From positions 7,957,539 to 8,021,538 of the forward strand of contig OZ316896.1 of assembly GCA_973895155.1 (NCBI GenBank): a stretch of DNA of 64,000 nucleotides. The letters are read 5' to 3'. Shown piece after piece: positions 36,601-45,191 of the stretch. The first letter of the stretch is position 1; every line of letters starts with the position of its first letter. The notes beneath the pieces are model-generated. The model did no database searches, was not told the DNA's origin, and worked only from the letters and a program-made list of their open reading frames with translations. The stretch comes from Marsupella aquatica. Its lineage: Eukaryota > Plantae > Marchantiophyta. The position numbers and the translations under genes are program-made.

Positions 36601-38340
36601 GTTGCCGTTGTTGTTGCCGATGCCGATTTCTTTTCTTTCTCCAGTAGTTTCAGCAGACTCTGCATGCCTGGTTGCTGCATCGGCAAGTCCTCCTTCCTGG
36701 GCCTAAACACCTGCTCGATCGTAGGGCTAACAGGTGGTTGAGGCTTCTCAGCCAACGGCCTCGGCGTTGGAGCTTCCTCGGGTGCCCTTACCTGCAGGGG
36801 AAGTACCGGGGCAAAAGTCTGACCTCTGGCATACCGGCACAACAGCGGCATGTGATAGCCAAGCCGCGACACGCTCCCCATGCCGATTACCTGCTGCTCC
36901 TCCTTTAAGATCTTCTTCAATTGGTTGAGAAGGTACCCGTTGTAGTCCCGGCTTGGGTCTGGCCTTTCTGCCAGATAGACCTGTGCCTTGCCGATCTCTA
37001 CCCTCGGCAAGTTACAATGCATGGTCACCCGCAAGAAGTCGATCATCTCTCCTATGTGCGGGTTGGTGCAGGTGTTCCGGAAGAAGCCATTCTTCGTTGA
37101 TGGCCCGGGGAACGACCGGAACTCCTTGTCAGGCAAGGTCTTCCTGGTATCAACTTTGGTCTTATTGCCTATCGGCAAGCCAAACACTTCGGCAATTACC
37201 TTGGGAGTAAGATAGAAATCCTTCCCATATATCCTCGTGCAATTGGTCTCGGGTTCCCATGACCCCACGAATTCTAATAGGTCTGACTCCGGTACCTCCG
37301 GCTTCAGCCATGGTAATCTTACAAAGGCCTCCAAGCCGGATCCGGCCATGAAGCCTTGGTACCTCTTGGTCTGCATGGCCGTAAAGCATGCATCCTCCTC
37401 CCGTGCAAAATGTAGTTGCACCTCCACCGGTAGGGTTGCCGCCCAGCCCTTCCAGGTGTCATCCCTGGTTGGAATGGCCTTGATGGGATCGACCTCCTCC
37501 TCTTCGGCTTCTCCCTGCCTCCTGCTCTGCTGCTCGGCTGGCCTCTTTGGTGCCACCGACCTCGTTCTTTTTGCCGGGGTGGCTTCATCGTTGACGGCCC
37601 CCTTCCTCTTCATCTCTGCTGCCGTGGAGGTTTCTCCTAGCACCGTTGCCTGGGTCCACCTTTCCGTGCTACCCTTTAATTCCCAGTGTATGTCATTGCA
37701 GTTCTTGATGGCCTCTCGGATGCCGACGACGCTGTCTTTGCAAAACAGAAGATCGTCGAGTTGATTGGAAGTAGGCGTCCACAGGAACTCGTCCTTGATG
37801 AGTTCGCCTCCTAAGAAAGCCATCTTCTGCAGCTCCCACAATCGAGCGAGCTCCTGCCGTTCTCGAGCTGCCCTTTCTGACTCCTCGTCCTCGTAAGTCT
37901 TGATGTACTCAGTTGCCCGTTCGAACAGGCATCCCCAGAAATATGCCGCTTGATTGACGTTGCTCATACCCTCCTTAGGTCGATCGTCGGTATCTACTCT
38001 CTCCCCGAGTGCTTGCCTAAGCAGCTGACAGTAGTTGGCCTCCCGTAGTCGTCTGCCTAGTTCGTGCTCGCAAATGAGCCACCATCTCCTGCAAGCGCTC
38101 CTTACCCCTCTCCTCTGCCGGTCCTTCTTCCCGTTGATCCTTCCTAGCCGCCGACGCTTAACGCGCCCTAACCCTAATCGGGTTTTCACCCTCAGCCTTA
38201 CCTCCGGCCTCTGCCCGGGTTCCATGGTTGCCCCTAATTGTTTATATTTTCCTTGTTTTGTCCCTATACTAAGGTGTTCCTAGGGTGCCTTCCTGCTTTA
38301 CCCACTTAACCGGCCGAGTGATTCCTGTCTAGGCATCACA
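33681..38340 (-). mobile_element. Solo giant LTR of family A (4660 bp)
   Basis: Exact LTR termini, TSD AGACA (33676-33680 and 38341-38345), no PBS or PPT adjacent. Confidence 0.97.
34602..38225 (-). CDS. Intact LTR-encoded protein, 1207 aa: basic N-terminus, globular plant-retrotransposon extra-ORF-like domain, long coiled coil, acidic tail
   Basis: Uninterrupted ORF wholly inside the solo LTR, ATG ~115 nt from the LTR start; homologous frames in all seven LTR copies. Confidence 0.85.
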   Translation of the reverse strand: MEPGQRPEVRLRVKTRLGLGRVKRRRLGRINGKKDRQRRGVRSACRRWWLICEHELGRRLREANYCQLLRQALGERVDTDDRPKEGMSNVNQAAYFWGCLFERATEYIKTYEDEESERAARERQELARLWELQKMAFLGGELIKDEFLWTPTSNQLDDLLFCKDSVVGIREAIKNCNDIHWELKGSTERWTQATVLGETSTAAEMKRKGAVNDEATPAKRTRSVAPKRPAEQQSRRQGEAEEEEVDPIKAIPTRDDTWKGWAATLPVEVQLHFAREEDACFTAMQTKRYQGFMAGSGLEAFVRLPWLKPEVPESDLLEFVGSWEPETNCTRIYGKDFYLTPKVIAEVFGLPIGNKTKVDTRKTLPDKEFRSFPGPSTKNGFFRNTCTNPHIGEMIDFLRVTMHCNLPRVEIGKAQVYLAERPDPSRDYNGYLLNQLKKILKEEQQVIGMGSVSRLGYHMPLLCRYARGQTFAPVLPLQVRAPEEAPTPRPLAEKPQPPVSPTIEQVFRPRKEDLPMQQPGMQSLLKLLEKEKKSASATTTATATMQDTTTEVGLHRLTRENPFAGDKERIRPESKPGVRMYVGTSSSESEAELPEAPTDEEEREKPDVQEVEEAVEDCSHDNSGYGSDHHVPGVRTCGRFVPTLPRVVRGDPNQQSSHESPPPDVAPPSFDGIKQTVQEFQERIKQEEEAALAKEKDLPGGDWPEDIRRLAEKGSKPLATIEEIRRTAWEQRPRWAMPITSTYSTYAKNRAMEYGEMCGELALGIFGEELEVGPFFHREQLEKHQLEEAVALERSKKDEVIRRLRRMEAEIEDLRAAKKAQDELRIKRHELNIMQGQLDTAQADNQNIKDKLTQTQGELADTIKEREKWKQELKNTEEAHITANSRAMAETQRKEWALKGELEKIRGALEQKEVELGKSYQGIMALQQELASLTASFKADLREKDEMLEQTYAKMNQMESVIIAELDKELRATQEERATLKKELEEAHREQEEAKNELEGARKDLDETQEELEEITRKMENLQRRADNQTERLKKQAAVFKCLAAAGPSPVGTNQLPGVVIAEGQAAPTAPVPEVSGKGKGPAAEPPTKKKRKPSGSRSNTTSQAVVIKEVDPAPTPDRVTAKDPTTLGEGEAEAEGVAEAEAVRVAEAEAVGIAEAGVEAEAEGGPSQADGELTQSRAGNLSENEPTAVAEEEALGASIKDPPPVS

Positions 38341-39582
38341 AGACACCCATTGTTCATCCAAAACATCCTCTCTTTGGGTGTCGCCCATGCTTCCCCACTT
38401 TATATCCATCACTGGATGACCGCCCTACCCCTAGGACATGCTCATGGCCCAAATAGCTTTATTAGCTTGTCCCAAAGTTTGTCCTAAAATGTCGCGACTA
38501 GATTGGCCCTAACTCTAGCAACCAACTCCAAGGTTCCCACTCAACTAATAGTCTAGGGGCCAAGTGAATTGTCTTGGAACTCAACCTCCTATCTACTATC
38601 ATGCTTTGCCTCCCCAACGCAAGCTCTCATGGGAAACTAAATGCGGTTTGACTACTATTTCAATAGGATTTGGCAAGTGGGCGAGATATAGCCCCCATAA
38701 ACCCTGAGAATCCATGGCACCACCAGACCTATTTGAGATCAGAACAATGCAATCCTTCTCAAGAGCTTTCAAATGCATCAAAGAAGTCCCCCAATGGACT
38801 TTTTGTTGAGAAGTTATCAACATTTCCGTTTGGTGGTTCCTCTTGGTGTTGCAACCATCGCAGCTCACGACTTGGGCTTGCCCTTGGCCCCAGTGAGACA
38901 CCACTTTGGAGACCTGCCACCCTCAGACCAGCTTTGGTCACCTGCATTTTTCCCCTAACTTGGACTCCATCTCGCATGAATGGGCACGCAAATAACTTGC
39001 TATGCCCATAACTTTTTAGCTAAACGTCTATACTAGGTGGAGTGCCTTAACCCGTTATGATCAGGCTAACCTAGTGCTCATGCCTAGGCCCTTAGAACCC
39101 ATTGTCACTCAAGCGTCCCGGACAACCACACTTGGGTCGGCCATATTTTATGCGTCAAGTGTCCATTGCGCATGAAATAAGCTTTGTTAGCCTTGGGCCC
39201 AAGAGGAGCTCTCACTCAAGCCCTCAGAACTCAAAGTGAGTCTGGAGGTCTGGAGGTCCACCCTAAGCCTAGTCCATTCTCATGACCTAACCAGCCCCAA
39301 GCTAGCCTAAGTCCTTAGTGTGCGTCACCAACTTAGCGCCTTGGCCTTGCTAGTGCAATGCCTCGTTACCCACTAGTCTCCCCATACTTAGTCCCCACCG
39401 AATGGTCATTCCGGAGGCTTGGACCATACAAGAGCTCGACATCAAAGTCAGCAACATCGGAGCTACTTAGTGTTAATAAGGTAGTTGAGTTCTACGACTT
39501 GCACCCCCCTTAAAAATGGTCACGTCTACGTGACCCAAGTAAACATTCTAACATGCCTATCTGACCACTTTCCTTGGAATGG

Positions 39583-40510
39583 TTTTTTTTATAAATTTTA
39601 ATACCGTGAAAGACCCCACGGATAGGGGGAACAACAGCCCTTAATACAGGGACAGCAACAGCACACTAGCGAGCCACAAAGAGAGCCCAAAAGCACAAAA
39701 GAGAGCATCAAAGCCCCAGGGAGAGCCCCCCCTCAAAGAAGGGAAATAACACCGATCAAGAGAGCACCCATGCCCTTCCCACAGCAGCCCCCCAAAAAGC
39801 AGACCCCTCAATCAGCAACGCTGCCGCTAGAGGGCACCAAGAGAATCCTGTCCCCACCCCGTCTCAGCCAGATTTGCCTCGTTCCCCGCAACCATTCCTG
39901 AGCCCGGTTCAACCGAGAGCGACGCCGCCCAAAGCGTAAACCAGCCCCAACCGCATGGATGTGATTGGCAGTCTCAGCAAGCATCAGGCCCAAGTCAAAT
40001 GAACGTCCCACCTTATCAGAGAACATATGTTCATTTCTTCCCAGCCAAATCATCCAGAGAGTCTGATATACACAAAAGATCCTAGCAGTGTGAATAGGCT
40101 CCGGTCCTGTCGATGCATCAAGAATAGCCAGCAGACCACCTCCAATGGGTAAGCGAAGCTCCGTCAAAATCCTGTCACACATCCTCCAGCAACATGAGGC
40201 ATGGGAACAGTCAATGAACAAATGTTGCATCGTCTCCAAGACCCCACAGCAAAGCTTGCAATTCCCAGTACCAGCCTGGATACGGAGGGCCCGTTGACCA
40301 GTAAACAATCCACCAACCAGGATCCGCCAGATAAAGGTTTTTGCTCTGCAGGAGAGGTCAGAAATCCACAGCTTCTTCCATCCAATGCACCATTCAATTT
40401 CCGACCGGGGTGAGGACCAGCACCTATTAAGCAGCACATGAAGGCTCATCTTGGGTCTCAAGAACTGGTAGACCCTGCAGTTGGTGATCTGAAAGTCCTT
40501 GAGAGGTTCT
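39583..40510 (-). mobile_element. L1-type LINE 3' end (ORF2 zinc-binding region 39808-40461, 3' UTR, poly-A)
   Basis: KTFIWRIL...CKLC...ETMQHLFIDC...LWMIWLGRN (zf-RVT-like); T-tract at 39583-39590; continues at 56304. Confidence 0.88.
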
Positions 40511-43500
40511 TGTGATGCCTAGACAGGAATCACTCGGCCGGTTAAGTGGGTAAAGCAGGAAGGCACCCTAGGAACACCTTAGTATAGTGACAAAACAAGG
40601 AAAATATAAACAATTAGGGGCAACCATGGAACCCGGGCAGAGGCCGGAGGTAAGGCTGAGGGTGAAAACCCGATTAGGGTTAGGGCGCGTTAAGCGTCGG
40701 CGGCTAGGAAGGATCAACGGGAAGAAGGACCGGTAGAGGAGAGGGGTAAGGAGCGCTTGCAGGAGATGGTGGCTCATTTGCGAGCACGAACTAGGCAGAC
40801 GACTACGGGAGGCCAACTACTGTCAGCTGCTTAGGCAAGCACTCGGGGAGAGAGTAGATACCGACGATCAACCTAAGGAGGGTATGAGCAACGTCAATCA
40901 AGCGGCACATTTCTGGGGATGCCTGTTCGAACGGGCAACTGAGTACATCAAGACTTACGAGGACGAGGAGTCAGAAAGGGCAGCTCGAGAACGGCTGGAG
41001 CTCGCTCGATTGTGGGAGCTGCAGAAGACGGCTTTCTTAGGAGGCAAACTCATCAAGGACGAGTTCCTGTGGACGCCTACTTCCAATCAACTCGACGATC
41101 TTCTGTTTTGCAAAGACAGCGTCGTCGGCATCCGAGAGGCCATCAAGAACTGCAACGACATACACTGGGAATTAAAGGGTAGCACGGAAAGGTGGACCCG
41201 GGCAACGGTGCTAGGAGAAACCTCCACGGCAGCAGAGATGAAGAGGAAGGGAGCCGTCAACGATGAAGCCACCCCGGCAAAAAGAACGAGGTCGGCGGCA
41301 CCAAAGAGGCCAGCCGAGCAGCAGAGCAGGAGGCAGGGAGAAGCCGAAGAGGAGGAGGTCGATCCCATCAAGGCCATTCCAACCAGGGATGACACCTGGA
41401 AGGGCTGGGCGGCAACCCTACCGGTGGAGGTGCAACTACATTTTGCACGGGAGGAGGATGCATGCTTTACGGCCATGCAGACCAAGAAGTACCAAGGCTT
41501 CATGGCCGGATCCGGCTTGGAGGCCTTTGTAAGATTACCATGGCTGAAGCCGGAGGTACCGGAGTCAGACCTATTAGAATTCGTGGGGTCATGGGAACCC
41601 GAGACCAATTGCACGAGGATATATGGGAAGGATTTCTATCTTACTCCCAAGGTGATTGCCGAAGTGTTTGGCTTGCCGATGGGCAATAAGACCAAAGTTG
41701 ATACCAGGAAGACCTTGCCTGACAAGGAGTTCCGGTCGTTCCCCGGGCCATCAACGAAGAATGGCTTCTTCCGGAACACCTGCACCAACCCGCACATAGG
41801 AGAGATGATCGACTTCTTGCGGGTGACCATGCATTGTAACTTGCCGAGGGCAGAGATCGGCAAAGCACAGGTCTATCTGGCAGAAAGGCCAGACCCAAGC
41901 CGGGACTACAACGGGTACCTCCTCAACCAATTGAAGAAGATCTTAAAGGAGGAGCAGCAGGTAATCGGCATGGGGAGCGTGTCGCGGCTTGGCTATCACA
42001 TGCCGCTGTTGTGCCGGTATGCCAGAGGTCAGACTTTTGCCCCGGTACTTCCCCTGCAGGTAAGGGCACCCGAGGAAGCTCCAACGCCGAGGCCGTTGGC
42101 TAAGAAGCCTCAACCACCTGTTAGTCCTACGATCGAGCAGGTGTTTAGGCCCAGGAAGGAAGACTTGCCGATGCAGCAACCAGGCATGCAGAGTCTGCTG
42201 AAACTACTGGAGAAAGAAAAGAAATCGGCATCGGCAACAACAACGGCAACGGCAACAATGCAGGACACTACTACAGAGGTAGGCCTACACCGGCTCACAA
42301 GAGAAAACCCCTTTGCTGGAGACAAGGAGAGAATCAGGCCGGAATCCAAGCCAGGTGTTCGAATGTACGTGGGAACCTCAAGCTCCGAATCTGAGGCAGA
42401 ATTGCCTGAAGCTCCTACCAACGAAGAGGAGAGGGAGAAGCCGGACGTCCAAGAGGTAGAGGAGGCAGTGGAGGACTGCAGCCATGATAATTCCGGCTAT
42501 GGGTCGGACCATCACGTTCCAGGAGTAAGGACCTGTGGCCGGTTTGTCCCCACACTTCCAAGGGTAGTACGAGGGGACCCCAACCAGTAGAGTAGCCCTG
42601 AGTCTCCCCCACCAGATGTTGCTCCCCCGAGCTTCGACGGCATAAAACAGACAGTGCAGGAATTTCAGGAGCGAATCAAGCAGGAGGAAGAGGCCGCCCT
42701 GGCTAAGGAAAAGGATTTACCAGGAGGAGATTGGCCGGAGGACATCAGGCGGCTAGCCGAAAAAGGAAGCAAACCTCTAGCCACGATTGAAGAGATCCGC
42801 AGGACGGCTTGGGAGCAGAGGCCACGATGGGCGATGCCGATCACTTCTACTTACTCCACCTACGCTAAGAATAGAGCCATGGAGTATGGTGAGATGTGTG
42901 GGGAACTTGCGCTCGGCATCTTTGGAGAGGAGTTGGAGGTAGGACCCTTTTTCCATAGGGAGCAGTTGGAGAAGCACCAATTAGAAGAAGCGGTGGCTTT
43001 AGAGAGAAGCAAGAAGGACGAGGTCATTCGGCGGCTTAGGAGGATGGAAGCCGAGATTGAAGATCTAAGGGCAGCCAAGAAAGCCCAAGATGAACTGCGG
43101 ATTAAACGACATGAGCTGAACATCATGCAGGGGCAGTTGGACGCCGCGCAGGCTGATAATCAGAATATCAAGGATAAACTGACTCAGACGCAGGAAGAGT
43201 TGGCCGACACGATCAAAGAAAGGGAAAAGTGGAAGCAAGAGCTGAAGAATACAGAGGAGGCCCACATAACAGCCAACAGCCGGGCCATGGCGGAGACCCA
43301 AAGAAAGGAATGGGCGTTGAAAGGGGAGCTCGAGAAAATCCGCGGAGCCCTTGAGCAGAAGGAGGTCGAGTTAGGGAAATCCTATCAAGGGATTATGGCG
43401 CTGCAGCAGGAGCTTGCGTCCCTGACGGCCAGCTTCAAGGCCGACCTAAGGGAGAAGGACGAGATGCTCGAACAGACTTACGCCAAGATGAACCAGATGG

Positions 43501-45122
43501 AGTCTGTCATCATTGCAGAGCTCGACAAGGAGCTAAGAGCAACCCAGGAGGAGAGGGCTACCTTGAAGAAAGAATTGGAGGAAGCCCACAGGGAGCAGGA
43601 GGAGGCCAAAAACGAGCTGGAGGGGGCACGTAAGGACCTGGATGAAACCCAAGAGGAGTTGGAGGAAATCACGAGGAAGATGGAGAACCTACAGCGGCGG
43701 GCCGACAACCAAACAGAGCGGCTGAAGAAACAAGCCGCAGTATTTAAATGCTTAGCTGCAGCAGGTCCATCTCCCGTTGGGACAAACCAGTTACCAGGGG
43801 TGGTAATTGCCGAAGGACAAGCCGCGCCACCTGCACCAGTGCCGGAGGTAAGTGGGAAGGGGAAGGGACCAGCTGCCGAGCCACCAACGAAGAAGAAGCG
43901 GAAACCTTCAGGGTCAAGGAGTAATACGACTTCACAGGCCGTGGTGATCAAGGAGGTAGACCCAGCACCGACCCCAGACAGGGTCACGGCTAAGGATCCA
44001 ACTACCCTAGGGGAAGGGGAAGCCGAAGCCGTGGGTATTGCCGAGGCCGGTGTCGAGGCTGAAGCCGAAGGTGGACCCAGTCAGGCCGATGGAGAGTTGA
44101 CTCGGTCAAGGGCAGGTAATCTGTCAGTAGGCGGGCCAACGGCGGTGGCTGAGGAGGAAGTATTGGGGGCGTCCATTGAGGATCCACCACCGGTGTCGTG
44201 ACGGTGCAAGGGCGCCGTTCCTTTTAGGGAGGGCGGACGTGGAGGGAGGAGGCGTGAGTGGGCAGGGCGGGCACGGATCTCCACGTTTAGGATTAGGATC
44301 AGAACCAGGAGCGGCCCTGACACTTAGCTTAGTGGGATTGCGGTCCCACTGGTAGGAGCAACACTTGTGCTCCTGCCTTGCTGTACATAGGTAGATTCGG
44401 GCAAGTAGATTACTGTTAAGTAGATTAGGCTTACGATGCAAAGAAGGGCGGATCCACTACCAGGATAAGTACCTGGGCAGCGGGGAGCTCAGGGCCTCTT
44501 CTTTAGCAAGTTTTTAGTTTGCACCAGCCGGGCTGGGATCAAGTAGTACGAGAAGCTCTCGGTTAGTCATACAGTGACCCTTGTGTATATTCATGTTTCC
44601 TCATGCCTAAGAGCTGAATAGAGTTGGCCTCACGGCTTAGTTCGCAGAACTTGTGTATGAGATGTACTGTTTGTATGGCAAGTGCATGGTATGACTCAGT
44701 CAGAATGAGTCATTTTGCTATTTGTGTGTCGCATTAACTTGTGTGAAGAGTGCCCACATCAACAGAAGGAAGGAAAGTAAGCAGGGGAGTGAGAGTTGGA
44801 TGTGTCGAGCTGAGAGAGGTCTTAGCGGCTTAACCAAGCCTATTGGGGATCATTCCGGCGGCGGAATCCAAACATACCTAACAAGACGGAGGGGAAGACA
44901 GGGGAAGACAGGGGAAGGCCTATATTAGGCCGGCTACGTATCTCATGACCCGATGAAGGATCTGTCCAGTATATGTGTGTAAAATGTTAATAGTAGTAGT
45001 AGAAGGTTAGCAGCGTCCCATGCCGCTAAGCCGCGGAAACGGCCTCGCCAAGCACGAAACCTGCGGGAATCGGCTTGAGCTGGGGGGTTTCTTGGGTTTA
45101 GGGAGCCATGGGACGCACCACA
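40511..45122 (+). repeat. 5' LTR (4612 bp)
   Basis: TGTGATG...CACCACA; about a dozen transitions relative to the 3' LTR by eye. Confidence 0.97.
40626..44201 (+). pseudogene. LTR-borne ORF, 5' LTR copy, with two CAG>TAG stops (~40734 and 42588)
   Basis: Pieces 40884-42590 and 42654-44201; the 3' LTR copy has CAG at both positions. Confidence 0.88.
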
Positions 45123-45126
45123 TTTT

Positions 45127-45145
45127 TGGCGCTAGATGGAGGGGG
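45127..45145 (+). promoter_or_regulatory. Primer binding site (cognate tRNA not assigned)
   Basis: TGGCGCTAGATGGAGGGGG after LTR end CA and TTTT spacer. Confidence 0.75.
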
Positions 45146-45191
45146 CATTTCTTAAGCCGTGAGATATGAAGTTAGAACGGAAGCGTAGGTA

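Larger units (their letters stand above)
32810..39503 (-). mobile_element. Degenerate ~2 kb gypsy-type 3' LTR (family E) hosting the solo giant LTR
   Basis: Minus-strand PPT TTTTTAAGGGGGG (39504-39516) followed by TG; candidate CA end at 32810. Confidence 0.45.

Noticed and set aside
34602-38225. Host SMC/myosin-like gene or a retroviral env
   Set aside because: Lies wholly within TSD-flanked LTRs and is intronless and multicopy; no Walker motifs, signal peptide or transmembrane segment visible.
34362-38283. Many short antisense or alternative-frame ORFs repeated in each LTR copy
   Set aside because: Shadow frames of a GC-rich coding strand; they recur only because the LTR is repeated.
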